DNA of 64,000 bases from Gammaproteobacteria bacterium (GCA_965221695.1 OZ244905.1:1120001-1184000), one strand, 5' to 3'. Positions 1-11,332 are shown, counted from the stretch's first letter. A program made the numbers and translations. The notes: generated by a model not told the origin, from the sequence alone.

Positions 1-1045
1 CGTTTGATGCCTTGTGGGTTTTGCAACGGTGGGTCGTGATGCGCACATGTTCCAGGAAATAGCAGTTGTCGCTGTGGAACATCGCGCGTGCGTTAATGGG
101 GCCGGACAGGTCCACCGAACGCCCGCAATCGGAGGCCAGTTCCAGGTCTATGCCTCGGATCAGCCCGGACGCATCAAAACCGACCCGGTAGTCGATCTGA
201 AAACCATGGCGTTTGCCGGTGATACTCATATCGTCGTCACGGTTTACCCGTAATTTTACCGGCCGGCCGGTCTTGTGCGCAGCCACGGCGGCAATTACTG
301 CGAACAGCGCCGGCGTGGTTTCCTTGCCGCCGAAACCGCCTCCCATGCGCCGGCATTCGACCACCACATCCTTGGAGGATTTACCCAGGGCCTGCGCCAC
401 GAGATGCTGTACCTCGGTCGGGTGCTGGGTGGACGCATGCACCAGCATCGCGCCATCCTCCCGGGGGAAGGCAACGGCGATTTGTCCTTCCAGGTAGAAG
501 TGGTCCTGGCCGCCCATGCACAAACGGCCTTGTAACTGGTGGCCGGCGCCGGCAATCGCCTGCTCCGGCCGGCCACGCGCAATGGTCTGCGATGGCAGCA
601 CGAAGGATTGTTGCGCTAGCGCGCTGTTGATATCCAGGATGGCCGGCAGTTCTTCATAGTCTATCCGGGCACGGCGCGCGGCCTTGCGCGCATTGTCCAC
701 CGAATCGGCCAGCACGGCAAAGACGGACTGCCCCACGTATTCCACCAGACCGTCTGCAAAGACCGGATCATCTTCATGGATGGGGCCATGATTATTCTTG
801 CCGGGGATATCCTGCGCGCAAATGACCAGCGCCACGCCGGGTGAGGAATGGACCGCAGAGAAATCGATATGCGTGATGCGGGCGTGGGCTTTTGTGCTGC
901 AGCCTATCGCTGCGTAGAGCATTCCCCGTGATTCCGGCTCATCGTCCGTATATTGCGCTGTGCCGCTGACATGCAAGTGTGCGCTTTCATGGGGCAACGG
1001 CGCGCCGGCGCCGGAAAATTCTCCTTTTTCTGCTATTGATCCCAT
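1..1045 (-). CDS. xdhB: xanthine dehydrogenase molybdopterin-binding subunit (3' end runs off the window)
   Basis: Not in the ORF track because there is no stop inside the window. Manual translation from ATG 1045 gives MGSIAEKGEFSGAGAPLPHESAHLHVSGTAQYTDD, the typical XdhB N-terminus. It overlaps the xdhA stop. Confidence 0.9.
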   Translation of the reverse strand, partial: MGSIAEKGEFSGAGAPLPHESAHLHVSGTAQYTDDEPESRGMLYAAIGCSTKAHARITHIDFSAVHSSPGVALVICAQDIPGKNNHGPIHEDDPVFADGLVEYVGQSVFAVLADSVDNARKAARRARIDYEELPAILDINSALAQQSFVLPSQTIARGRPEQAIAGAGHQLQGRLCMGGQDHFYLEGQIAVAFPREDGAMLVHASTQHPTEVQHLVAQALGKSSKDVVVECRRMGGGFGGKETTPALFAVIAAVAAHKTGRPVKLRVNRDDDMSITGKRHGFQIDYRVGFDASGLIRGIDLELASDCGRSVDLSGPINARAMFHSDNCYFLEHVRITTHRCKTHKASN

Positions 1046-2553
1046 ATTGAAGCCTTAACGCCACCTGTTTCCAGGTAGAACCGTTGTAACAGGTTGCCGG
1101 CCACGCGCCGGCGGTATGCGCCGGAGGCGCGCAGGTCGGTCAGCGGCCGGTAGTCTTCTTCCAGCGCCGCGATTGCCGCGGCCACCGTCGCCTCGTTCCA
1201 GGGACTGCCGCGCAATGCCGCCTCGCAACGGGTGGCCCGTTGCGGAATGGCCGCCATCCCGCCATAGCAGATGCGCGTATCGGTAACAGTACCCGCGTCG
1301 AGTTGCAGCCAGTAAGCGCCGCAGACTGCCGAGATGTCCTGGTCGTAGCGTTTGGCGATCTTGTAGCAGCGAAAATGTTCGGTGGTTTCCCGCGCCAACG
1401 GAATCCGCACGGCCTGTACGAACTCGGATGGCTGCAGGGCTGTTTTGCGGTAGTCCAGGTAGAACTCGTCCAGCGCGACCATCCGGGTCGTGCTGCCGCG
1501 GCGCAACACCAGGTCGGCGCCCAGGCTGATAAGCGCCGGCATGGTATCACCAATAGGTGAACCATTGGCGATATTGCCGCACAGGGTGCCGGCATTACGG
1601 ATGGGTGGTGAGGCAAAGCGGCGCATGATTTCATACAGTTCGGGGTAATGATTTTCCAGAGCCGCGAACGCATCGGCAAGACTTACTCCTGCGCCGATTT
1701 GCAGGTGTTCTTCGGTCTCATTGATACGGTCCAGTTCGCCGACACGACCGAGGTAGATGATAATGGGGAACTCCCGGTATGCCTTGGTCACCCAAAGACC
1801 CACATCTGTACCGCCGGCGAGGATGGTGGCTTCGGGATGTAGCATCAACAGTTCGGCCAGTTCGGCGAGGGTTTCGGGGGCATGAAACTCGCCCGAGCCA
1901 CCGGGGTCTCCCGCAATGCCCGAACCGGAGTTATCCTGGTTGCGTAAATCCGGGCCGCGTAACTCAAGCGAACCGCTGGGGCGGATTGCATCAAGGCGCC
2001 GCAACAGGTCCTGTTCATCGAGCAGGTCTTGCCCATAATCATACATCCGGCCCGCGGCGCTGATAATGGGCCGGTAACCGGTACAGCGGCACAGGTTACC
2101 AGATAACGCATCATCGATTTCTCCGCGGGTCGGTCCGGCGTTATTCCTGTACAGGGCAAACAGCGACATCACAAAGCCCGGCGTGCAGAAACCGCACTGG
2201 GAGCCGTGGCAATCCAGCATGGCCTGTTGCACGGGATGCAGTTCGCTGTTGCTGAGCTTACCTAGGCTCTCCACGGTGTACAAGGCCTTGCCGTCCAGGG
2301 TCGGAACGAACTGGATACAGGAATTGATCGATCGGAAACGCACCCGTTGCCCATCCGCTTCGGCAACGACAACGGTGCAGGCGCCGCAATCCCCCTCGGC
2401 GCAACCTTCCTTGGAACCCGTGCGTTGCAGGACATCCCTCAGGTAATTCAGGACGGTGGTTGTAGGCGCAATATTTGCGACTTCATGCACATTATCATCA
2501 AGCAGGAAACGAATCCTGCCGTTTTGCGTACCGTTTTCGACCGAATCGAGCAT
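1033..2553 (-). CDS. xdhA: xanthine dehydrogenase small subunit (2Fe-2S + FAD)
   Basis: Motifs GSKEGCAEGDCGACTV, GSQCGFCTPG, GNLCRCTGY, AGGTD and YKIAKRYDQDISAV. Start set at ATG 2553 (MLDSVE), just after the uraH stop. Confidence 0.93.
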   Translation of the reverse strand: MLDSVENGTQNGRIRFLLDDNVHEVANIAPTTTVLNYLRDVLQRTGSKEGCAEGDCGACTVVVAEADGQRVRFRSINSCIQFVPTLDGKALYTVESLGKLSNSELHPVQQAMLDCHGSQCGFCTPGFVMSLFALYRNNAGPTRGEIDDALSGNLCRCTGYRPIISAAGRMYDYGQDLLDEQDLLRRLDAIRPSGSLELRGPDLRNQDNSGSGIAGDPGGSGEFHAPETLAELAELLMLHPEATILAGGTDVGLWVTKAYREFPIIIYLGRVGELDRINETEEHLQIGAGVSLADAFAALENHYPELYEIMRRFASPPIRNAGTLCGNIANGSPIGDTMPALISLGADLVLRRGSTTRMVALDEFYLDYRKTALQPSEFVQAVRIPLARETTEHFRCYKIAKRYDQDISAVCGAYWLQLDAGTVTDTRICYGGMAAIPQRATRCEAALRGSPWNEATVAAAIAALEEDYRPLTDLRASGAYRRRVAGNLLQRFYLETGGVKASIWDQ

Positions 2554-2557
2554 GGCA

Positions 2558-2911
2558 TCAACTGCCGCGATAGGTACTGTAGCTCCAGGGTGAAACCAGC
2601 AGGGGCACGTGATAGTGTTCAGTGGCTGCGGCAATGCCGAAACGCAAGGTCACGCGGTCCAGAAACGGCGGATCGGGCAATTCTATCCCCTGGCCCAAAA
2701 AATATCCGGCCGTGTGAAATACCAGCTCCCAGATGCCGACCTTGAATGCCTCGCCTTCGAGCAGCGGCTTGTCGCAGCGGCCGTCCCGGTTTGTCACGAC
2801 TGATTTCACCCGCGCGCGCCGGTCGCCGTCAATCGAAAACAATTCGACCGTCATACCTGCGGCCGGCTGACCTTGCGCGGTATCGAGCACATGTGTAGTG
2901 AGAAAACCCAT
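2558..2911 (-). CDS. uraH: 5-hydroxyisourate hydrolase (transthyretin-like)
   Basis: [22 protein letters not shown] and C-terminal YRGS signature. Confidence 0.96.
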   Translation of the reverse strand: MGFLTTHVLDTAQGQPAAGMTVELFSIDGDRRARVKSVVTNRDGRCDKPLLEGEAFKVGIWELVFHTAGYFLGQGIELPDPPFLDRVTLRFGIAAATEHYHVPLLVSPWSYSTYRGS

Positions 2912-2970
2912 ATTATCCAGGCAATGCTAATAGAATCACGACATACTGTAAGCCGGATTATACACTCGGG

Positions 2971-4074
<1,104 letters not shown>

Positions 4075-4183
4075 CTAAAGGATCAGTATAGAGTATATCC
4101 GCCGTTTCGCTCAATCGGTTTGCCTGTCATCGGACTTTGCAGGAGGTCCCGGTTACCTCCTTATTGAAGCTAATGTATACTTG

Positions 4184-4334
4184 GGAAACTCTGAACAAGT
4201 CCATCCTGGACTTGTCAGAGTACGGAAAACAAAAATGCGATTTTTGCTTTCCTCACAAAATCAATGCCTTATAGGCATTGATTTTGCCGATACATCCTTG
4301 TATCGTAGGAACATCTGACTTAATCAGATGTTCC
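4184..4334 (+). mobile_element. IS5-like MITE, 151-bp copy with five hairpins
   Basis: Ends GGAAACTCTGAACAAGT ... ACTTAATCAGATGTTCC, flanked by CTTG direct repeats (4180-4183, 4335-4338). Nearly identical to the reverse complement of 17685-17907. Confidence 0.85.
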
Positions 4335-4342
4335 CTTGATTT

Positions 4343-4978
4343 ATGACGGCTTCCCCGATGACACGCAAAGGCATCCTGTTCATCATCTGTGCGCCTTCCG
4401 GCGCCGGGAAGACCTCGCTTGTGCGGGCGCTGGTGGATTCCATTCCCGACCTATATGTTTCGATTTCGCATACGACCCGGCCCCCGCGGCGCAATGAGAA
4501 GCACGGTGTTGACTACTTCTTTATCAGCCGGGACGAGTTCCGGACCTTGCTTGAACAAGACCGGTTCTTAGAGCATGCCAATGTTTTTGATCATCTTTAC
4601 GGCACCTCGCGCGCCTGGGTGCAGGATCAATTAGCCGGTGGGAAGGATATCATCCTGGAAATAGACTGGCAGGGAGCGCAACAGGCGCGTTCCCATATCA
4701 GGGATTCCGTCAGTATCTTTATCCTGCCCCCTTCGCTCGCAGCCCTGGAAGAGCGTCTGAAGGGGCGCGGCGATGACGAACAGAATATTCGCCGCCGTAT
4801 GCGCGATGCCGTCAACGAGATTGAACATTACGAGGAGTTCGACTACCTGGTTGTCAATGATTTCTTTGACAGAACGCTGAAACAGCTTACTGCAATTGTG
4901 CTCGCAGCCCGCCATAATTACCGGGGTCAACAAGCGTATTACCAGGAAATATTACGGAAGTTATTGCAACAAGACTGA
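4343..4978 (+). CDS. gmk: guanylate kinase
   Basis: APSGAGKTSL P-loop, SHTTRPPR, EIDWQGA; precedes rpoZ-spoT. Confidence 0.97.
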   Translation: MTASPMTRKGILFIICAPSGAGKTSLVRALVDSIPDLYVSISHTTRPPRRNEKHGVDYFFISRDEFRTLLEQDRFLEHANVFDHLYGTSRAWVQDQLAGGKDIILEIDWQGAQQARSHIRDSVSIFILPPSLAALEERLKGRGDDEQNIRRRMRDAVNEIEHYEEFDYLVVNDFFDRTLKQLTAIVLAARHNYRGQQAYYQEILRKLLQQD

Positions 4979-5000
4979 TATTCAAGGTAAGATGATCAAT

Positions 5001-5082
5001 GAAACTATGAACAAGTCCTTCCTGGACTTGTCAGAGTACATCCTTGTATCGTAGGAATCTCCGACTTAATCTCAGAGGTTCC
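5001..5082 (+). mobile_element. IS5-like MITE, internally deleted copy
   Basis: GAAACTATGAACAAGTCCTTCCTGGACTTGTCAGAGTACATCCTTGTATCGTAGGAATCTCCGACTTAATCTCAGAGGTTCC; lacks the two central hairpins. Confidence 0.8.
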
Positions 5083-5160
5083 CCAAGTTGTAAAAATGTC
5101 ACCGGCAGAGTTTCTGCGGTAACGTTGGATACCTGTTCATTACTTAATCATCGGAAAATC

Positions 5161-5445
5161 ATGGCTAGACTGACTGTAGAAGACTGTTTGGAAAATATCG
5201 AAAACCGCTATGACCTGGTTTTACTGGCGAGCAAACGCACCCGCCAATTGCTGATGGGGAACGACCCGCTGATTGAAGACCAGTCGGATAAACCCACGGT
5301 GATGGCATTGCGGGAGATCGCGGCAGGGGTTGTCACCAACGAGAATATCGAAGAAATCGGCAAACCCCGGTTTGATCCCGATCTTGAAGATATCGAATTC
5401 CAGACGGTAGATTCGGCAGAGCTGCCAAACGAAGATACGTTCTGA
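5161..5445 (+). CDS. rpoZ: RNA polymerase omega subunit
   Basis: [26 protein letters not shown]...[12 protein letters not shown]; start at ATG 5161. Confidence 0.96.
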   Translation: MARLTVEDCLENIENRYDLVLLASKRTRQLLMGNDPLIEDQSDKPTVMALREIAAGVVTNENIEEIGKPRFDPDLEDIEFQTVDSAELPNEDTF

Positions 5446-5474
5446 TATTGATTGTCCGCCAGCGGCCCCACACT

Positions 5475-5706
5475 ATTACGGTGAAAACGGGAATCCAGTG
5501 AAATAATGGGCCGCCCTGCGGGCGACACTGCGTTTGACTGGACTCCCGCGTTTGACTGGACTCCCGCTTTCGCGGGAGTGGTTTGGTGGCAGTGTTCACG
5601 GAAGCGCCTCCATCCCATTCCCGCGGAAGCGGCAATCCAGTGAGACAATGGGTCGCCCTCTGGGCGACACAACATTTAACTGGACTCCCTCTTTCATGGG
5701 CGTGGT
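5475..5706 (+). repeat. two tandem units of a REP/dRS3-like palindromic repeat
   Basis: Unit pattern ATTCCCGCGGAAGCGG(G)AATCCAGTGA...GTCGCCC-n-GGGCGAC...TT(G/A)ACTGGACTCCCGCTTTCGCGGGAGTGGT at 5475-5582 and 5616-5706. Confidence 0.8.
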
Positions 5707-5772
5707 GGGCGCCGGTGAGTAACTACCAGTAGATTTTCCCCTTTTCCGGCAACTCGCGTTATACTTTCCGTT

Positions 5773-7884
5773 ATGACCACGATCGTTGAACTCGAGAAGA
5801 GGATAGGCGGCTACCTTACTACTGAAGAGGTAGAAAAGGTACGCCGCGCCTATGAGTTCAGCGCCTCGGCCCATGAAGGGCAGCATCGCAAAAGCGGTGA
5901 ACCCTATATCAGCCATCCCCTCGAAGTGGCCGGCATTCTCGGCGACATGCATATGGACCACCAGACCCTTGCCGCGGCCATCCTGCACGATGTGATCGAA
6001 GATACCGCGATCGATAAAAAAGAAATCGTGCGCCGCTTCGGCAAGGGCGTCGCAGAATTGGTGGACGGCGTCAGCAAGCTGACGCAGGTAGAATTTGATT
6101 CACACGCGGAAGCCCAGGCCCACAACTTCCGCAAGATGCTGATGGCCATGAGCAACGATATCCGCGTGATCATGGTCAAACTGGCAGACCGCCTGCATAA
6201 CATGCGTACCCTGGGCGCGCTGGCGCCGGCCAAGCGCCGGCGCATCGCACGGGAAACCCTGGAGATCTACGCGCCGATTGCCCAACGCCTGGGGATAAAC
6301 AGCATTCGCCTGGAACTGGAGGATTTGGGCTTCGCGACGCTCTACCCGATGCGTTACCGGATTCTGAACGAGCAGATCATCAAGGCCAGGGGACATCGCA
6401 AGGAAATCATAGACAAGATAAGAAACTCCATCAAACGCCGGCTGCGACAGGAAAAAATTCCGGCGAAGGTAATCGGCAGGGAAAAACACCTGTACGGAAT
6501 TTACCGGAAAATGCTGGAAAAGGACTTGTCCTTCAGTGAAGTTTACGATGTTTACGCATTCCGGATCATCGTTGATGATGTGGATACCTGTTACCGCGTG
6601 GTGGGCACCGTACACAACTTGTATCGTCCGGTTCCGGGCAAATTCAAGGACTATGTGGCAATTCCGAAGTCAAACGGCTACCAGTCCCTGCACACCGTTC
6701 TGTTTGGCCCATACGGTGTGCCCCTGGAAGTACAGATCAGAACAACAGACATGAACGATGTTGCCGAAGCGGGTATTGCCGCTCACTGGTTGTACAAGTC
6801 CGGACCGTCTTCGGACCGCAGCGGCGCGCATAAACGCGCGCGCGAATGGCTGCAACATGTGATGGAAATGCAGACCACGGCCGGCAACCCCCAGGACTTT
6901 CTGGACCATGTCAAGATCGACCTGTTCCCCGAAGCCGTTTATGCGTTCACGCCCAAGGGAGACATCTTCGAACTGCAAAAGGGGGCGACAGCCGTGGACT
7001 TTGCCTACGCGATCCACACTGATGTCGGCAACAGTTGCGTGGGAGTCAGGATTGACCGGCGTCTGGCGCCGTTGAGCACGCACCTGGCCACAGGGCAAAC
7101 CATTGAGGTCATTACCGCTCCGGGCGCAAAACCGGACCCCTCGTGGCTGAGTTTTGCGGTCACTGCCAAGGCCAGGGCAAATATCAGGCACTATCTGAAA
7201 AATCTCCGCAAGAGTGAGGCGCGCGCGCTGGGCAAACGCCTGCTCGTCAGAGAACTGAAGACTTACTCCACTAAGCACGATGAAATCGAGCCGGCCCAAT
7301 GGACCAAGTTGCTGAAGGAGTTCAACCTGGACAGCCAGGATGAATTGCTCCAGGAAATCGGGCTGGGCAATCGTATTGCCGCGCTGGTTGCCAGGCAACT
7401 GACCGAGAAGCCGGTAACGACCCGGAAGAAAGCAAGAAAAAACAACGTGCCACTGAGTATAAGCGGGACCGAGGGCATGGTCGTGAACTTCCCCAAGTGC
7501 TGCCTGCCGATCCCCGGCGACCCTATCTTGGGGTTTGTGACGACGGGGCGCGGCATTGTCGTACACCATCAGACCTGCCCGAACGTCACGGAATTCAGGA
7601 ACCACCCTGACAAGTGGCTGGATGTTGCCTGGGAGGAACAGATTGACGGCAGCTTTCCCACCAACATCCGGGTGGAGGTTACCAACCAGCGCGGCGTTCT
7701 GGCCAAGATTGCCACGGAAATCGCCGCGCGCAACGCCAATATCGTCAGCGTGGAAATGCACGACAAGGACGACCGTTATACAACCCTGAAGTTCATCGTG
7801 GAAGTCACCGATCGCTTGCACCTGGCGCACATCATCAGACGGATCAGGAATATCCGGCACGTGTCCAAGATCAGCAGAAGATAA
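5773..7884 (+). CDS. spoT: bifunctional (p)ppGpp synthetase/hydrolase
   Basis: Intact HD motif (AAILHDVIED), KLADRLHNMRTL, PKSNGYQSLHT, TGS and ACT domains; follows rpoZ. Confidence 0.96.
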   Translation: MTTIVELEKRIGGYLTTEEVEKVRRAYEFSASAHEGQHRKSGEPYISHPLEVAGILGDMHMDHQTLAAAILHDVIEDTAIDKKEIVRRFGKGVAELVDGVSKLTQVEFDSHAEAQAHNFRKMLMAMSNDIRVIMVKLADRLHNMRTLGALAPAKRRRIARETLEIYAPIAQRLGINSIRLELEDLGFATLYPMRYRILNEQIIKARGHRKEIIDKIRNSIKRRLRQEKIPAKVIGREKHLYGIYRKMLEKDLSFSEVYDVYAFRIIVDDVDTCYRVVGTVHNLYRPVPGKFKDYVAIPKSNGYQSLHTVLFGPYGVPLEVQIRTTDMNDVAEAGIAAHWLYKSGPSSDRSGAHKRAREWLQHVMEMQTTAGNPQDFLDHVKIDLFPEAVYAFTPKGDIFELQKGATAVDFAYAIHTDVGNSCVGVRIDRRLAPLSTHLATGQTIEVITAPGAKPDPSWLSFAVTAKARANIRHYLKNLRKSEARALGKRLLVRELKTYSTKHDEIEPAQWTKLLKEFNLDSQDELLQEIGLGNRIAALVARQLTEKPVTTRKKARKNNVPLSISGTEGMVVNFPKCCLPIPGDPILGFVTTGRGIVVHHQTCPNVTEFRNHPDKWLDVAWEEQIDGSFPTNIRVEVTNQRGVLAKIATEIAARNANIVSVEMHDKDDRYTTLKFIVEVTDRLHLAHIIRRIRNIRHVSKISRR

Positions 7885-8041
7885 ATCCGCAGTTAAAACG
7901 CAGATGAATTCAGATTTGTCATGCCATGGGGAGAGATAGCGATTCCTGATCCGAATAACGCTCATATTGTTTCCAGGCGCGCTGTGAGCCTGCACGGCGC
8001 TCGTCATTCATTTGTGTCAACCCGGGCAATCTGTGCAGTCT

Positions 8042-10150
8042 GTGGATAAATCTCAAACAGACCAACTTCCGGCGCTCAATACCCCTGTGATTGCCTTGAA
8101 AGGTGTTGGCGCGCGGGTCGGCGAACGTTTACAGCGTCTGGGCATCCGCCAGGTCCAGGACCTGTTGTTTCACCTTCCCCACCGGTATATCGACCGCACC
8201 CGGCTGCTTCCCATCGGTAGTTTGCAACCCGGGGATAGCGCCTTGTGCCAGGGGACGGTAGAACTGATTCAAGCGTCTGCTGGACGGCGCCGAAGCCTGC
8301 TCTGCCGCATCAGCGACGGAACCGGCGCTATTACGCTCAGGTTCTTTCATTTCACCTGGGCGCATCAGGCTGGCCTGAAGCAGGGCATGCGCTTGCGCTG
8401 CTGGGGTCCGATAAGACGCGTCAAGCATTCGCTGGAGATGGTTCATCCGGAATACCAACGCATAGGCGCCGATGAGCAACCTGAGCTGGAACAGAATCTC
8501 ACACCCGTATATCCGTTAACCCAGGGGCTTTCCCAGTTCAAGCTGCGTAACTTAACCGGGCAGGCGTTGGAAACCCTGTCCAGGGATAGCTCCGGCCTGA
8601 CTGAATTGCTCCCACAGCAGATTTTGCGGCAGTTCTCCCTGTTCAGCCTCACTCAGGCGCTATGGTTTGTACACAGGCCGCCGCGGGACGCGGACCTGGA
8701 GAGCTTGACGCAGGGCGCGCATCCGGCCCAGCAACGCCTGGCCTTCGAGGAGTTGCTGGCGCATCATTTAAGTCTGCGGCTAATCCGGAAAACGGCCCAG
8801 GAGCGCAATTCGTTTGCGCTCAATGGAAATATAGCCGGCCAGATCAAGTCTTTTATTGATAGCCTGCCTTTCGAGTTGACCGGCGCGCAGAAACGGGTCT
8901 TGGCAGAAATCCGTACAGACATGCTCAAATCAGCGCCGATGCTGCGCCTGGTGCAGGGGGATGTCGGGTCCGGTAAAACCGTGGTCGCCGCTATAGCTGC
9001 CCTGATGGCGCTCCGTTCCGGCTACCAGGCGGCCGTGATGGCTCCTACAGAAATCCTCGCCGACCAACATTACTTCAATATCAAACAATGGTTCTCACCA
9101 ATCGGTATTCCTGTGTGCTTGCTGACTGGAAGACAGCCGCGCAATGAGCGGGATGAGGCGCTGGCGCGCTTGCACTCGGCGCAGCCAGTGGTTGCTGTCG
9201 GCACCCACGCACTGTTCCAGGAGCAGGTTGCTTTCGGCAATATCGGTTTGATTATTATTGACGAGCAGCATCGTTTCGGTGTTGACCAGCGGCTTGCCCT
9301 GCTTGACAAAGGCAGCGACAAAACCCGCCAGCCGCACCAGTTGATCATGACTGCGACGCCTATTCCCAGAACTCTTGCCATGACCTTGTTTGCAGATCTG
9401 GATATTTCTGTCATCGACCGTATGCCTCCCGGTCGCCAGCCGATTAAGACAACTGTGATCTCAAATGAAAGAAGAGAAGAGGTAATAGAGCGCATCCATG
9501 AAGTATGCAAACAGGGCCGCCAGGCTTACTGGGTATGCTCCTTGATAGAAAACTCGGAGACTTTACAATTACAAGCCGCAGAAGATATCCGGGAGCGCCT
9601 GGCCCTGCAGTTGAATGACCTGAAAATCGGCCTGATCCACGGCAGGATGAAAAAAATTGAGAAGGAAACGGTAATGGATGATTTCCAGGCCGGCAGGATC
9701 GATCTCCTGGTGGCGACGACTGTGATAGAGGTGGGGGTTGATGTGGCCAATGCCAGCCTCATGATCATTGAGAACGCCGAACGTCTGGGACTCTCCCAAT
9801 TGCACCAGCTACGCGGCAGGGTTGGCCGCGGTTCCCAGGCAAGCGATTGTGTCTTGCTCTACCAGATGCCACTGTCGGATAATGCCCGGGTGAGATTGAG
9901 CAAGATGCGGGAGACCAATGACGGCTTTGCGATTGCAAAGAGTGATCTGGAACTGCGCGGCCCCGGGGAAATTCTAGGGAAAAAACAGACGGGGTTGCCG
10001 ACATTGCACATCGCCGATTTCGCGCGGGACGCGCGCCTGATACCGCAAGTGCAACGGGCCGCCGATTTTATCCTGTCGCAATGCCCGCAACAAGTGAATA
10101 AACTGACATCAAGATGGCTGAGCGCCAAAATCGACTTCGGTAAAGTCTGA
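8042..10150 (+). CDS. recG: ATP-dependent DNA helicase RecG
   Basis: QGDVGSGKT, DEQHRFG, MTATPIPRT, QLRGRVGRG. Start uncertain (GTG 8042 or TTG 8012). Confidence 0.96.
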   Translation: MDKSQTDQLPALNTPVIALKGVGARVGERLQRLGIRQVQDLLFHLPHRYIDRTRLLPIGSLQPGDSALCQGTVELIQASAGRRRSLLCRISDGTGAITLRFFHFTWAHQAGLKQGMRLRCWGPIRRVKHSLEMVHPEYQRIGADEQPELEQNLTPVYPLTQGLSQFKLRNLTGQALETLSRDSSGLTELLPQQILRQFSLFSLTQALWFVHRPPRDADLESLTQGAHPAQQRLAFEELLAHHLSLRLIRKTAQERNSFALNGNIAGQIKSFIDSLPFELTGAQKRVLAEIRTDMLKSAPMLRLVQGDVGSGKTVVAAIAALMALRSGYQAAVMAPTEILADQHYFNIKQWFSPIGIPVCLLTGRQPRNERDEALARLHSAQPVVAVGTHALFQEQVAFGNIGLIIIDEQHRFGVDQRLALLDKGSDKTRQPHQLIMTATPIPRTLAMTLFADLDISVIDRMPPGRQPIKTTVISNERREEVIERIHEVCKQGRQAYWVCSLIENSETLQLQAAEDIRERLALQLNDLKIGLIHGRMKKIEKETVMDDFQAGRIDLLVATTVIEVGVDVANASLMIIENAERLGLSQLHQLRGRVGRGSQASDCVLLYQMPLSDNARVRLSKMRETNDGFAIAKSDLELRGPGEILGKKQTGLPTLHIADFARDARLIPQVQRAADFILSQCPQQVNKLTSRWLSAKIDFGKV

Positions 10151-11025
10151 TGGGACTCTGCCAGACAATTCAGACAAAGTCTGTTGTCTATGCGCGGTTG
10201 ATCCGCCTGGACAAACCAATCGGCTGGCTGTTGCTGTTATGGCCCACACTTTGGGCTTTGTGGATTGCCAGCGACGGCCTGCCCTCCTTGCGCTTACTTA
10301 CGGTGTTCGTGCTGGGAGTGTTCATCAGCCGCTCTGCCGGGGTGGTTGTCAATGATCTGGCCGACAGGGATTTCGACCTTCATGTCGAACGCACCCGGAA
10401 CCGCCCAATCGCTACCGGCATGGTTTCGACACAGGAGGCCTATGGCGTTATCGCCGCGCTGACTCTGTGCGCTTTCCTGTTGGTACTGACCACCAACCTT
10501 CTGACCGTATTGCTGTCAATCTTTGCGGTCTGCATCACCGCGCTGTATCCGTTCATGAAGCGTCACACTTATTTGCCTCAGGTTTTTCTGGGATTTGCGT
10601 TCAGTTGGGGCATTCCCATGGCGTTCGCCGCCGCTACCGGCAACGTGCCGGTCATTGCCTGGCTGATTTTTACCGCTAACATGCTCTGGGTATTAATCTA
10701 CGACACCCTGTATGCGATGGTGGACCGGGAAGACGATCTGCGCATCGGCCTGAAATCCACTGCCATACTGCTGAACGATGCGGATCGCGTGATTATCGGC
10801 ATCATACAAGTAATGTTTATCGCTGCCCTGTATCTTATCGGCCGCCAGGTGGGGCTTGGCGCGATCTACCATGCGGCGATGTTGTTCGTCGCAATGTGTT
10901 TCATATACCAGCAATACCTGATTTATACGCGCGAACCGAGCCAGTGTTTCAAGGCATTTCTCAACAACAACCGGGTAGGCCTGGTAATATTTGTCGGGAT
11001 CGCCTTGAGCTTACAGCTTGGTTAG
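10150..11025 (+). CDS. ubiA: 4-hydroxybenzoate octaprenyltransferase
   Basis: RLDKPIG.LLLLWP, NDLADRDFD, YDTLYAMVDREDD. Confidence 0.95.
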   Translation: MGLCQTIQTKSVVYARLIRLDKPIGWLLLLWPTLWALWIASDGLPSLRLLTVFVLGVFISRSAGVVVNDLADRDFDLHVERTRNRPIATGMVSTQEAYGVIAALTLCAFLLVLTTNLLTVLLSIFAVCITALYPFMKRHTYLPQVFLGFAFSWGIPMAFAAATGNVPVIAWLIFTANMLWVLIYDTLYAMVDREDDLRIGLKSTAILLNDADRVIIGIIQVMFIAALYLIGRQVGLGAIYHAAMLFVAMCFIYQQYLIYTREPSQCFKAFLNNNRVGLVIFVGIALSLQLG

Positions 11026-11027
11026 CC

Positions 11028-11255
11028 TTACTGGCGGCTGGCCGGAAGCAGGACTCGTCGTGGCTGTTGCCATCCGTAGACAGGTTTTAACTCCTGCAGG
11101 TCTGTGGTTTCGTCGATTATTTTCAACGTTTCCGTTCCTGCAGGAATCTTCAGCGGCGGCAACCTGTTCGCGACCAGCGCCTTGGCGCCGCGGTCCAGTT
11201 CCCAACCTAGGTAAACCAGGTTTGCGATAAGCAATACTATCACTGCCCATTTCAT
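11028..11255 (-). pseudogene. probable truncated membrane-anchored (SPOR-type) protein
   Basis: MKWAVIVLLIANLVYLGWE N-terminal anchor resembles the protein usually encoded after coaX. Only 75 aa, ending against the convergent ubiA. Confidence 0.5.
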
Positions 11256-11269
11256 GATCATCTGCCTGT

Positions 11270-11328
11270 GGAATACCTGATTTATCAGGATTTCCTACGA
11301 TACAGGGATGCGGCGTCTCTGGCAAGTC
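11270..11328 (-). mobile_element. degenerate, partial IS5-like MITE
   Basis: GGAATACCTGATTTATCAGGATTTCCTACGATACAGGGATG...CTCTGGCAAGTC aligns with the start of the 17685 copy. Confidence 0.6.
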
Positions 11329-11332
11329 TTCA

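Noticed and set aside
1890-1965. Gly-rich linker in XdhA as a repeat-derived coding insertion
   Set aside because: No similarity to either repeat family, and it lies in a naturally variable interdomain linker.
4083-4162. Possible purine/xanthine riboswitch or leader peptide upstream of the deaminase (hairpin AGGAGGT-N7-ACCTCCT; 15-aa ORF at 4083-4130, - strand)
   Set aside because: It does not match the purine or NMT1 riboswitch consensus as I recall them, and the SD-like sequence is about 24 nt from the small ORF start.
5475-5706. CRISPR array
   Set aside because: Only two degenerate units with conserved interiors, no unique spacers, no cas genes, and dispersed copies elsewhere.
6670-8007. 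445-aa antisense ORF over spoT, and similar long shadow ORFs (37310-38611, 48701-49807, 55396-56298, 56665-57663)
   Set aside because: They mirror well-supported genes in GC-rich, codon-biased DNA and show no recognisable motifs.
8041-8049. Perfect DnaA box (TGTGGATAA)
   Set aside because: A single box with no cluster or AT-rich unwinding element; compatible with chance.
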